Shown here in pieces: positions 18,379 to 26,591 of a stretch of DNA of 64,000 bases. Both the position numbers and the translations under genes were made by a program. The DNA is from Parcubacteria group bacterium (GTDB taxonomy: Bacteria; Patescibacteriota; Minisyncoccia; UBA10092): assembly GCA_016186325.1 (NCBI GenBank), contig JACPLW010000012.1:18644-82643 (forward strand), written 5' to 3'. The stretch's first letter is position 1; the number at the start of each line of letters is the position of its first letter. The notes below the pieces were generated by a model. It saw only the letters and a list, made by a program, of their open reading frames with translations. It did not search any database and was not told the DNA's origin.

Positions 18379-18500
18379 AAAAAAACGGCGCGCCGGAAAC
18401 CGCTCGATGCGGTTTCCCGGCGCGCCTTGTTGCCGCGTTGCGCAGCGTTAGGAACTTTCCGGCATCATTATGGACAAGTCACCATGACCAGCCATTGATA
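18379..18500 (-). promoter_or_regulatory. GC-rich 5' leader of obg ending in a strong intrinsic terminator (candidate attenuator/riboswitch or sRNA)
   Basis: On minus strand: GGCGCGCCGGGAAACCGC aucgag GCGGUUUCCGGCGCGCC + U7 (plus 18379-18426) ~17 nt upstream of obg ATG; upstream CCGGAAAG can alternatively pair with terminator arm. Confidence 0.45.
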
Positions 18501-18536
18501 CCATCACTTATGATAAGTTAACATACACTATTATTT

Positions 18537-18565
18537 TTGTCAATATTTTCTTACTATGATATAGT
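18537..18565 (+). promoter_or_regulatory. promoter TTGTCA-N17-TATAGT for 18613 gene
   Basis: Hexamers at 18537-18542 and 18560-18565; GGGAGG SD precedes ATG. Confidence 0.5.
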
Positions 18566-18612
18566 ATGTATTAAAAAAAACAGCTCATTGAAATAGTTAT
18601 TGGGAGGCGACA

Positions 18613-19224
18613 ATGCGCGCAACCGTTTTCATTTTTGCTGTATTTATTTTTCTTGTAATCCCGCCTGTTTTCAGGCCTGAAATAGAAAATGCCGCCGATA
18701 TGCCGTATCGGCTTGACCAAAAATTTATTGAAGATATTTGGAAAAAAGTTATTCGGTTAACAAACGAAGAGGCAATAATTTTAAAAGTTGAGCCGGACAT
18801 TAAAGCGCCAAAAATAATATACATTAGCGAGCAACCGAGAGTTTCGAGACGGGGCCTACTTATTGCCGCAAAAATTACATATTATGTTGACAAAAAAATC
18901 TTGGATGAAGAAAAGATTCAAAAAGTGCTTCTGGACTATCCGAGGGTGATACGGATATATCCAGCGGCGTTTCTGCCGCTGGAAATGGCTGGCGAGCTGG
19001 TATATGGATTTATCGCTCAGGAATTCTTTCACGAAACATTGCTTCAACAATACGTTCTTCCGGATTATCACCATTGCGCGATGATTTATCGCGGCACGCT
19101 TCTTAAAGCGCTAATGTTTATAGACGGGCGCCTTGGTACGGGAAAGCGAATTACCGATACGGTTATCAAACATACCAAAGCTCAATGCGAAGAAGATTCC
19201 GGCGGCCGTATCCGTTTTAAATAA
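18613..19224 (+). CDS. hypothetical protein with N-terminal signal/TM
   Basis: 203 aa, hydrophobic N-terminus, good SD; no domain recognised. Confidence 0.5.
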   Translation: MRATVFIFAVFIFLVIPPVFRPEIENAADMPYRLDQKFIEDIWKKVIRLTNEEAIILKVEPDIKAPKIIYISEQPRVSRRGLLIAAKITYYVDKKILDEEKIQKVLLDYPRVIRIYPAAFLPLEMAGELVYGFIAQEFFHETLLQQYVLPDYHHCAMIYRGTLLKALMFIDGRLGTGKRITDTVIKHTKAQCEEDSGGRIRFK

Positions 19225-19284
19225 GCCCCAAATAATTTATATTTAGGGGATTTTTTTATATATAAATTATATTACTTAATTTAT

Positions 19285-19749
19285 TTATCTTCTAACGGGC
19301 CCCGGTTCTGAATAGGGGATTCTTTTTTCTGAATTCTCTAACGCGGTCTTAACATGATGCATCATGTTTTCAGGTAATTTTTTTATCGGGAACCATCGAA
19401 GGTCGTCGCATTTATCCGGCTCGTTTATTCTAACTTCTCCAAACCATTTTTTACACTTAAAAAATAAATCCAACCTTTCTCCGGTTTCATCGTGTTTTGT
19501 GCGATACATAGTATGAACCAGTATTAGATCTTTTGGGTTAATATCAATCCCTAATTCTTCTTTCATTTCCCTTACTAATCCACCGATAGGCAATTCTCCG
19601 GCTTCCACATGGCCAGCCGGAACAGAATACCAGCCATCATAGTAACCAGAACCTCGCCGTCGTCCAAGCAAAATTTCTTTTCCTTTTCGAAGGAACAAAT
19701 AAACCGCCGGCACTGCTTTATTTCTTTCTTTTGATATTTTTAAATCCAT
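19285..19749 (-). CDS. NUDIX hydrolase
   Basis: 154 aa; Nudix box 'GHVEAGELPIGGLVREMKEELGI'. Confidence 0.85.
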   Translation of the reverse strand: MDLKISKERNKAVPAVYLFLRKGKEILLGRRRGSGYYDGWYSVPAGHVEAGELPIGGLVREMKEELGIDINPKDLILVHTMYRTKHDETGERLDLFFKCKKWFGEVRINEPDKCDDLRWFPIKKLPENMMHHVKTALENSEKRIPYSEPGPVRR

Positions 19750-20348
19750 TGATTTTTAATTAAAAAATCCTTTACTTGAACAAAAACTTTTTCATGACCG
19801 GATGCATTAGGATGCAGGCCATCATCAAAATCCTCGTTTTCTAACAACTTGATATCTAAGAAAAGTATATTATTTTTATTGCAAACTTCTTTCATAATTT
19901 CGCTATATTTCTTTATATTTTCGTTAGTGTAGTAAATATCAATCCAGGGGACAGGCATTGTTTTAGATTCGTCACAATTCTTTAAATCCACAAAAACAAC
20001 ATTATTGGTTATTTTCTTAGCCCGCTTGATAATTTCTTCCAGGTTTTCTCTGAATTTTTCCGGAGTAACCAAGTAATTACCCGGTTTGTTTTCATAAGAT
20101 GCATCGTTTCCGCCTGTTTGGAATATTAAAGCATCTGCTTCTCTGATTTTTGCCTCATTTTCAAATCGTTCTAAAATTGTTTTGGTTGTTCCGCCGGAAA
20201 TACTGCAATTATAAACTTCTACATACTCGTCGCCGTCTCTTTTAGCGACATGAAACCATAGACGGTTTACCCAGCCGCCTTTTTCCAAATCCCACGCACC
20301 CCAAGCAGTGCTATCTCCGAATATACAAATTGATTTTGGTTTAGGCAT
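19740..20348 (-). CDS. SGNH/GDSL hydrolase family protein
   Basis: 202 aa; 'IFGDSTA' (GDS), 'QTGGND', 'DGLHPN' blocks. Confidence 0.8.
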   Translation of the reverse strand: MPKPKSICIFGDSTAWGAWDLEKGGWVNRLWFHVAKRDGDEYVEVYNCSISGGTTKTILERFENEAKIREADALIFQTGGNDASYENKPGNYLVTPEKFRENLEEIIKRAKKITNNVVFVDLKNCDESKTMPVPWIDIYYTNENIKKYSEIMKEVCNKNNILFLDIKLLENEDFDDGLHPNASGHEKVFVQVKDFLIKNQWI

Positions 20349-20373
20349 TGTTTTACGAGCTCAATTTTTATAT

Positions 20374-20781
20374 TTAAATTTTTGATAAATCGCCATTGAT
20401 TACACTTGGATTCATGCCGAGTAACTCATCAGTAAATATACAATCGGGAATTGGGTTAAAAAGAAAAATTTTTTTTCCACTATCAAAAGCCCGGAATACC
20501 TCAAGAAAAGTCGCGCCGCCAATATAATTTGATTGATTATTTTTATCAAAATTAAGCACTAAAATCGCATCATTTGCCAAAACTTTAGTATCTTGGTTTT
20601 TCAACATGTCGGCTTTCCATTTTTGATGCGCGTCGGGTCCGATTTCTTTCATTTCGTTTTCTTTCATAGGGTTGTCGTAACTGTTCGGTAATGTAACAAA
20701 GTGTCCTAGAGCTTCCAGTTTTTGTTTAATCAACCCAACCTTGTCGTAATTGTGTTTGCTGGCACAAATAAAAATTTTCAT
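20374..20781 (-). CDS. hypothetical protein (possibly nucleoside 2-deoxyribosyltransferase-like fold)
   Basis: 135 aa, overlaps SET gene stop by 4 nt; weak resemblance only. Confidence 0.4.
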   Translation of the reverse strand: MKIFICASKHNYDKVGLIKQKLEALGHFVTLPNSYDNPMKENEMKEIGPDAHQKWKADMLKNQDTKVLANDAILVLNFDKNNQSNYIGGATFLEVFRAFDSGKKIFLFNPIPDCIFTDELLGMNPSVINGDLSKI

Positions 20782-21311
20782 AGTTTATTGTTCATAATCA
20801 TTTTTTGAATTAGGGGATGAAAATGACCTTTGTATTTTTCTTGAACGCCAGGAATTTTCCAATCGTTTTCTGTTAGAATTTTTCGGCAATCTTTCGCACC
20901 GCAAAAACACGGCTCTTTATCGTCAGTGTATTCGCTATCTTCAAAATTCCAGGTACCTTGGTCTAAAGTTATTTCTTCTCCCGCTTCTATATCTCTTTTC
21001 GCGACAATTGTAACTTCGTCAATAAGCCAGGTATTGGCGTCGCAAGAATGATTAAGATTTTCGTCTAGGCTTTCTTGCGTATCGCTTTTTGGCAAAGCCA
21101 AATAGCTATTTTCATCCACTATCCAAACGGAACGGCTTCTGTAATTTCCAGAAAGTGCTTCTTCTTTTGAAATCAGCTCGCCTCCAAACTCCATAACCTT
21201 TTCTCCTTCCGAAATTTTTTCACCGGTAAAAACACCCTCGCCGTGAATAGGAGATTTGCCAGCTTTAAGTTTCGGATTGACCCAAGTGCGTGATAGATAT
21301 TGTTTTTTCAC
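20778..21311 (-). CDS. SET-domain protein (putative protein-lysine methyltransferase)
   Basis: 177 aa; 'NHSCDAN' (NHSCxPN motif), 'GEEITLDQG', post-SET Cys cluster 'CFCGAKDCR'. Confidence 0.8.
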   Translation of the reverse strand: MKKQYLSRTWVNPKLKAGKSPIHGEGVFTGEKISEGEKVMEFGGELISKEEALSGNYRSRSVWIVDENSYLALPKSDTQESLDENLNHSCDANTWLIDEVTIVAKRDIEAGEEITLDQGTWNFEDSEYTDDKEPCFCGAKDCRKILTENDWKIPGVQEKYKGHFHPLIQKMIMNNKL

Positions 21312-21721
21312 ATTTGTCGATTAATCATATCCGAATAATGTTCTATCATAAAATCGTGATAAAACTTATTATCGGAAATGTATTTGTAAACATTAGCCGT
21401 TTTTTCTGGCGATTCGTTGTTGAATTCGGCGCATAACTTATCAATTTCCTGCTCATTTTCAGGAGATAATCTATACTCTTTAATATTGCCGTCTTGGAAC
21501 TTAAATAAGAATATTATTTCCTTTTCGCCGATAATTTCGTTCCAAAAGCCATTTGTGAGTTTATTTTTTACAAGTTCAATATATTGAGGTAGTTTGTCCT
21601 CAGGAATTTTAAGCGAGCGATCGCCGTCAGTATCTATGTCTTCAATTTTAATATCCAAATCTTCCAATTCCTTATCTTCAATTTTTTCCGCTCCCATTAG
21701 ATAACTTAAATAATAAGACAT
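21308..21721 (-). CDS. hypothetical acidic protein (137 aa), first gene of the SET operon
   Basis: ORF overlapping SET gene by 4 nt. Confidence 0.45.
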   Translation of the reverse strand: MSYYLSYLMGAEKIEDKELEDLDIKIEDIDTDGDRSLKIPEDKLPQYIELVKNKLTNGFWNEIIGEKEIIFLFKFQDGNIKEYRLSPENEQEIDKLCAEFNNESPEKTANVYKYISDNKFYHDFMIEHYSDMINRQM

Positions 21722-21779
21722 GGTTTATTTTTTAATTTTATTACTAGGCATCTCAGTCATTTGACTTAGCATATGTTTG

Positions 21780-21850
21780 CTCGGGGACAGGGAATCGAAC
21801 CCCAATTAACGGCTTCAAAGGCCGCTGTCCGACCATTAGACGATCCCCGA
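21780..21850 (-). tRNA. tRNA-Gln (anticodon TTG)
   Basis: Minus-strand fold: acceptor TCGGGGA/TCCCCGA, anticodon loop CU-UUG-AA, T-loop TTCGATT, discriminator G; T-stem has two G-U pairs. Confidence 0.7.
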
Positions 21851-21884
21851 ATATTTATAAATTTTCAAACTTGTCTCTTATTTC

Positions 21885-22946
21885 TTACTTGCCCTCCGTA
21901 GCCTTGGCGAAGGAGAGTTCCTTACTACTTATTATCTCCACCGCCGCGAGTTCTATCGGCAAAGAGGGGATTGGTGAGCGCTTTATATCCTGCTGGGCGA
22001 TAAAAAGAATCTTAATCGCTTGGGCGGTTTTATCAAGCGGCCACGCTTCGGATTGTTTTTTTACCGTTTCAATTTGGTCCGGAGTGAGTTCTTGCACCAT
22101 TAGCTCTACAAGAGAAGAATCAACTTTAACAAGAAGAATTTTTCGGAAATGGTTTATTAACGATTTAGTAAATTCCTGAAGATCCGTTCCATCTTCGCAC
22201 AATTTTCCGACATAATCTATCGCTTCTTTGGGATTAACAGAGCAAAGGTGATCGGCCATTATTTTTACTTTTTCAAAATCAACCGCGCCTAAAAGTTCTT
22301 CTATATCTTGTTTCGTGATACTTTTTTCGCTCCAGTTTCTTAACTGTTCAAGCATTGATTCGGCATCACGATAGCTTCCTCCGGCATAATTGGCAATTAA
22401 CCTTATGGCATCATCATTAATTTTTATTTTTTCCGCTTCAATAATTTTTGAAAGTTTTTTCATGATTTCCAAAACCGTAAGCCGTCTGAAAGCAAACTGC
22501 TGGACGCGTGATAAAATGGTTTCCGGTACTTTGTGAGCTTCGGTTGTCGCCAGAACAAAAATTGCGTGAGCCGGCGGTTCTTCCAATGTCTTTAAAAGAG
22601 CGTTAAACGCTTCCTTAGTAAGCTGATGAACCTCATCAATAATAAAAACCTTATATTTTCCAGCAGTCGGCGCGAATTTTATTCCCTCCCGCAATTCTCT
22701 TATCTCATCAATGCCCCTGTTTGAAGCGGCATCAATTTCTATGAGGTCAAGGTCGGAACATTCAAGCGACTTTGCCAGAAGCCGGGCTATGGTGGTTTTC
22801 CCCGTGCCGCGCGGCCCGGAAAATAAATAAGCGTGGCCAACGCGATTAAGTTTCAAGGCATTGGTCAGAGTCCTTACGACATGCTCCTGCCCGATAACTT
22901 CACTCCATTCCTGCGGCCGATATTTTCTATATAAAACAAGATTCAT
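21885..22946 (-). CDS. dnaX: DNA polymerase III subunit gamma/tau (short form)
   Basis: 353 aa; 'YRPQEWSEVIGQEHV', Walker A 'GPRGTGKTT', 'IDEVHQL'; C-terminal tail 'SFAKATEGK' encoded by repeat element. Confidence 0.9.
   Translation of the reverse strand: MNLVLYRKYRPQEWSEVIGQEHVVRTLTNALKLNRVGHAYLFSGPRGTGKTTIARLLAKSLECSDLDLIEIDAASNRGIDEIRELREGIKFAPTAGKYKVFIIDEVHQLTKEAFNALLKTLEEPPAHAIFVLATTEAHKVPETILSRVQQFAFRRLTVLEIMKKLSKIIEAEKIKINDDAIRLIANYAGGSYRDAESMLEQLRNWSEKSITKQDIEELLGAVDFEKVKIMADHLCSVNPKEAIDYVGKLCEDGTDLQEFTKSLINHFRKILLVKVDSSLVELMVQELTPDQIETVKKQSEAWPLDKTAQAIKILFIAQQDIKRSPIPSLPIELAAVEIISSKELSFAKATEGK
21891..21917. repeat. GC-rich element GCCCTCCGTAGC..GCGAAGGAG(G) at 3' end of dnaX (encodes C-terminal 'FAKATEGK')
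   Basis: Family also at 25595-25630, 27070-27130, 36684-36710, 53349-53428. Confidence 0.7.
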
Positions 22947-22989
22947 ACGCGGTTTACTTTATCACAAAATTAGTATAAAGTAAAAAATA

Positions 22990-23283
22990 ATCCCCCACCC
23001 TTAAAGCATAGATTATGTTTTATGTTTATATATTAAAATCTAAAAAAGATGATAGTATCTATATTGGCTTTGCCCCAGATTTGAAAGCCAGATTTATAAA
23101 ACATAATCAAGGACTGGTTCAATCAACTAAAAATCTAAGACCATTGGAATTAGCATATTATGAAGCTTACAAATCTAAAAAAGACACTCTCATGAGAGAA
23201 AAAAGACTTAAACAATTTAAAAAAGGATATGCTTCGCTTAAAGGTCGAATAATAAACTCTTTAATGCTTTAAGGGTGGGGGAT
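22990..23283. mobile_element. 294-bp cassette: 20-bp perfect terminal inverted repeats (ATCCCCCACCCTTAAAGCAT / ATGCTTTAAGGGTGGGGGAT) flanking a GIY-YIG nuclease gene
   Basis: IRs at 22990-23009 and 23264-23283 read directly; miniature relative at 53936-54069 shares the outer 13 bp. Confidence 0.55.
23015..23272 (+). CDS. GIY-YIG nuclease family protein (YhbQ-like)
   Basis: 85 aa; 'FYVYILKSKKDDSIYIGFAPDLKARFIKH' GIY-YIG motif. Confidence 0.8.
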   Translation: MFYVYILKSKKDDSIYIGFAPDLKARFIKHNQGLVQSTKNLRPLELAYYEAYKSKKDTLMREKRLKQFKKGYASLKGRIINSLML

Positions 23284-23431
23284 GAAAAATTATTCGCGAA
23301 ACAACGCTGGAAAAGGCAAAACCGCTTTTAGGACAGGAGACAAATGGCGAGCAAGAAAAAATATAGTGGTAAGAGATATAAAAAGCATGCATAGAAGCAA
23401 GTCTCGACTGCCGCAATTAAAATCACAATAA
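23282..23431 (+). CDS. hypothetical very basic 49-aa protein; start codon overlaps right TIR (GGGTGGGGG acts as SD)
   Basis: MKNYSRNNAGKGKTAFRTGDKWRARKN...; below the ORF-track length cutoff. Confidence 0.3.
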   Translation: MKNYSRNNAGKGKTAFRTGDKWRARKNIVVRDIKSMHRSKSRLPQLKSQ

Positions 23432-23438
23432 AAATACC

Positions 23439-24290
23439 ATGGCTATCAAAAAAATAGGCCTAGCTTTAGGCGGCGGGGGAGCAAAAGGGTTTGCTCATAT
23501 TGGCGTTATTAAAGCGCTTGAAGCGGCAGGAATTAATATTGATTATATTGCCGGCACCAGTATGGGGGCTCTTATCGGAGGTTATTACGCCGCGACTAAA
23601 GATATTAAGACGCTTGAAGAATTGTCGCTCGGTATTAAAAAAAGCGACATTTTTCCCATCAGTGAAGTAATCCGCAGAAAAGACGGATCGCTGTTCCGGG
23701 GCGAATCAATAGTAAAACTCCTTGATCATCGCCTGTCTGGCATAAAAATTGAAGATTGTAAAATTCCTTTTACAGCCGTGGCTACTGATTTAAAAACTGG
23801 AGACGAAATAAAACTTAAAAGCGGAAGTTTAACAGACGCGATACGCGCAAGCATTGCCATACCTGTAGTTTTCAGTCCTGTAGAAATAGACGGGAGATTT
23901 CTTATGGACGGCGGCTTTTCAAATCCCGTTCCGGCCGATATCGTTAGAGAAATGGGGGCTGATATTGTAATCGCTGTTGATGTTTCCAGCCGTTGGATTA
24001 TGGCGCCTGACGAAATATTAAACACTCATGATATTTACTCTTTATTCAGTAATGCTTTATCGGTAATCGAGTATCAGCTTGCAAAAAACATTCTTAAAGA
24101 CGCGGATATTGTTATTCGCCCGCCGGTTTTAACCTACGACTGGATGGCATTTGATAAATCGGCCGAGATAATAAAAACCGGCCAAAAAGAACTGGAACTT
24201 AATCTTAAAGAAATAAGAAAAAAAACCGGTCATCATACCCCGCGCCGCACTACCCTTGAAAAGTTTTTTGACTTTATTATAAATAAATAA
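23439..24290 (+). CDS. patatin-like phospholipase
   Basis: 283 aa; 'GGGGAKG', 'GTSMG' (GxSxG), 'DGG'. Confidence 0.9.
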   Translation: MAIKKIGLALGGGGAKGFAHIGVIKALEAAGINIDYIAGTSMGALIGGYYAATKDIKTLEELSLGIKKSDIFPISEVIRRKDGSLFRGESIVKLLDHRLSGIKIEDCKIPFTAVATDLKTGDEIKLKSGSLTDAIRASIAIPVVFSPVEIDGRFLMDGGFSNPVPADIVREMGADIVIAVDVSSRWIMAPDEILNTHDIYSLFSNALSVIEYQLAKNILKDADIVIRPPVLTYDWMAFDKSAEIIKTGQKELELNLKEIRKKTGHHTPRRTTLEKFFDFIINK

Positions 24291-24302
24291 ATAACAATAA
24301 CT

Positions 24303-24917
24303 ATGAAATACGAACTGCCAAAACTGCCATATTCTTACGATGCACTAGAACCTTACATTGACACTAAGACAATGGAAATCCACCATGGAAAACACCATCA
24401 GTTTTATATTGATAAGCTCAACGCTGCTTTGGAAAAATATCCCGATTTAGCCGATAACCCCGCCCTTAAGCTTAAGAGCGGGGATAAAAAACTGGAGGAG
24501 CTTATAAAAGACCTGCCCAATTTAACTATGGTAGACGAAGCCGACAAAAAAGCGATTCATAACAACGGCGGGGGACACATAAACCATTCGTTTTTCTGGC
24601 AAATTATGGCGCCGCAAAAAGAAGTTGATGAAGCATTGTTTGAAGAGATTAAATCAACTTTCGGTTCGCCGGAAGAATTTAAAAAAATATTCAGCAACAC
24701 CGCCGCCACCCACTTTGGCAGCGGATGGGCTTGGCTGGCGCGCGACGAACAAAATAAACTTCAAATATATTCATTGCCAAATCATGATTTTCCTTATTTG
24801 AAAGGCCATCAGCCTCTTATAGTACTTGATCTCTGGGAACACGCCTATTATCTAAAATACCAGAACCGCCGGGCCGAATATATAGAAAATTGGTGGAATG
24901 TTTTGAAGTTATTATAG
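24303..24917 (+). CDS. sodA: Fe/Mn superoxide dismutase
   Basis: 204 aa; 'LPYSYDALEPYID..MEIHHGKHH', 'DLWEHAYY'. Confidence 0.95.
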   Translation: MKYELPKLPYSYDALEPYIDTKTMEIHHGKHHQFYIDKLNAALEKYPDLADNPALKLKSGDKKLEELIKDLPNLTMVDEADKKAIHNNGGGHINHSFFWQIMAPQKEVDEALFEEIKSTFGSPEEFKKIFSNTAATHFGSGWAWLARDEQNKLQIYSLPNHDFPYLKGHQPLIVLDLWEHAYYLKYQNRRAEYIENWWNVLKLL

Positions 24918-24923
24918 GGTTGG

Positions 24924-25041
24924 CCCCGTTAGAAGTCCGACAAGTCGGCAGACGTCGTCGGCGTCTTACTTCTAACGGGGTTGACCCCGTTAGAAGTCCG
25001 ACAAGTCGGCAGACGCCGTCGGCGTCTTACTTCTAACGGGG
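24924..25041. repeat. two tandem 57-bp GC-rich palindromic elements (CCCCGTTAGAAGT..ACTTCTAACGGGG) separated by TTGA
   Basis: Copies 24924-24980 and 24985-25041 differ at one base; second copy abuts the -35 TTGACA of the downstream promoter. Confidence 0.85.
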
Positions 25042-25069
25042 TTGACAGATTATGTAGATTTGATATAAT
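25042..25069 (+). promoter_or_regulatory. consensus promoter TTGACA-N16-TATAAT (near-twin of promoter at 8673)
   Basis: TTGACA 25042-25047, TATAAT 25064-25069; both promoters share 'tttgaTATAATg'. Confidence 0.7.
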
Positions 25070-25075
25070 GTAGGT

Positions 25076-25573
25076 AATGCTGGGAAACAGGCCGAATCCT
25101 GGTTGTAAGACAAGTTTCAGGTGCCTCGAAGAGCATGGACCTATCCCAGCAGCACATTTTTCCTTAACAAAGCCAAAAATCGGCGCGACAGTTCTGTAAC
25201 TGTCCAAATGTGCCGGAGACTAACCTTTGCGGTTTTGCCTCTGTCGCGCCGAACAAAATCCCGTTGCCACTGTCGCTGTCGCGACAGGGGAGACGCCTTC
25301 TTACCTAGCGTCTCGTGAAGCAACGGAACTAAAGTCCTGGCCACATGTCCATGCGGGGTTGGTGGTCCAGGAGCGGTGCCCTATCGCCACAAGTGAGATG
25401 GGCAAACCGATGGTAGTGAGCCTCTCGGTTAGTAATTCAACTCCTTCGCTGTTGACCTATGGTCCACGGTGAATGCGCCTCTTGGCACACCCGTGTAAAG
25501 GATGGCCGCCATGTGCCGTCTAACAGCGAAGATCGTTCCTGCCTGCGCGAGCTCACCGCGCAGGCCTTTTTTT
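25076..25573 (+). ncRNA. candidate ~500-nt structured non-coding RNA of unknown family
   Basis: GC-rich (~55%) island with multiple long-range complementary segments (TCGGCGCGACAG/CTGTCGCGCCGA, CCGTTGC/GCAACGG, GAGACGC/GCGTCTC), no convincing ORF, promoter and terminator on + strand. Confidence 0.5.
25541..25573 (+). terminator. intrinsic terminator GCCTGCGCG agctcacc GCGCAGGC + T7
   Basis: Read directly. Confidence 0.8.
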
Positions 25574-25633
25574 ATTCTTCTTAAAGAAGAATAACCCTTC
25601 CGTAGCCCCGCTTTTCGGGGCGAAGGAGGGTAC

Positions 25634-26491
25634 TCAACTATTTAATATACTTCCAACAAAATCTCTGTGGCCGTTTAGAAATTCTTCGGCAGTCAATATT
25701 TTTCCGCCCTCAAGTTGAAGTTTTTTTATAATTAAAATATTTTTGCCACATTTAATTATGATGTCGCTATTTTTCAGAAAAATTTCACCCTGCCTGCCGG
25801 CAGGCAGGCGATTTTTATTGTTACTATCATAAAAAATATCCGCTTCTATTATTTTTAAACTTTTACCATTCCACATTGTCCAAGCGCTTGGCCACGGATA
25901 ATAGCCCCTGGTCATTCTTTCAATCTCGCCTGCGCTTTTTGTCCAATCAATTTTTCCGTCTTCTTTTTTTATAATTTTAGTATAAGTCGCTTTCGAATGC
26001 TCTTGTTCAATCGGCTTAATTTTTCCTGAAATATAATCGGGAATAGTTTTTATCAAAAGCTCCGCCCCTATTTCGGCAAGTTTTTTAGAAAGAGTTTCAT
26101 AACTATCTGATTTAGAAATTAGAAATTTGGACTTAGAAATTATCGCCCCGTGGTCCATTTCTTCATCAATTTTTATTATAGTTACGCCCGTTTCTTTTTC
26201 ACCGTTTAAAATAGCCGACTGAATCGGCGAAGCGCCGCGGTATTTTGGAAGTAGCGATGGATGAACATTAATAAAACCATAGCGGGGGATATCTAAAATT
26301 TCTTTTGGCAAAATCTTTCCGTAAGCCGCTATTAAGCCCAGATCCGGCTTTAAATCTTTTAGTTTTTCTATTAAAACAGAAACCGATTCCTTAGGGTCGC
26401 GAAACATGGCTTGCGGTTCAAGCCCTGATTTTATTAACTTTTCCAAAATTATCGTCGCAAATTCCGGCGTCCCAAAAAATATAAATTTCAT
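25634..26491 (-). CDS. fmt: methionyl-tRNA formyltransferase
   Basis: 285 aa; 'FFGTPEFA', 'NVHPSLLPKYRGASPIQ'; contains 20-bp perfect palindrome CCTGCCTGCCGGCAGGCAGG at 25789-25808 (encodes 'LPAGRQG'). Confidence 0.9.
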   Translation of the reverse strand: MKFIFFGTPEFATIILEKLIKSGLEPQAMFRDPKESVSVLIEKLKDLKPDLGLIAAYGKILPKEILDIPRYGFINVHPSLLPKYRGASPIQSAILNGEKETGVTIIKIDEEMDHGAIISKSKFLISKSDSYETLSKKLAEIGAELLIKTIPDYISGKIKPIEQEHSKATYTKIIKKEDGKIDWTKSAGEIERMTRGYYPWPSAWTMWNGKSLKIIEADIFYDSNNKNRLPAGRQGEIFLKNSDIIIKCGKNILIIKKLQLEGGKILTAEEFLNGHRDFVGSILNS

Positions 26492-26586
26492 CCCGTTAGA
26501 AATCTATCTAGATTTTTCTTAATTATAAATACAATAGTAGTTGCTAATCTTAATTTAGTTTTATCTAATATAAAATTTCTAACGGG
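26492..26586. mobile_element. 95-bp AT-rich cassette with 12-bp TIRs CCCGTTAGAAAT/ATTTCTAACGGG between def stop and fmt start; flanking direct repeat ATGAA (start codon duplicated)
   Basis: TIRs read directly; same architecture at 29372-29471, 46605-46702, 49122-49218. Confidence 0.6.
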
Positions 26587-26591
26587 ATTCA

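Noticed and set aside
18064-18498. 144-aa + strand ORF antisense to obg; similarly 47515-48045 (antisense aspS), 21871-22179 (antisense dnaX), 8575-8862, 53364-53654, 25121-25472 ORFs
   Set aside because: They lie antisense to well-supported genes or inside GC-rich structured-RNA/repeat regions. They have no SD and atypical composition, and are likely spurious.
25076-25573. Tested the 25-kb GC-rich RNA as RNase P / tmRNA / SRP RNA
   Set aside because: Only a partial AAAGUCCUGG match. No CR-V (ACAGAAxxCGGCUUA), no tRNA-like T-arm, no GGAAGCAGCC helix-8 motif. A bona fide rnpB is at 59205-59540.
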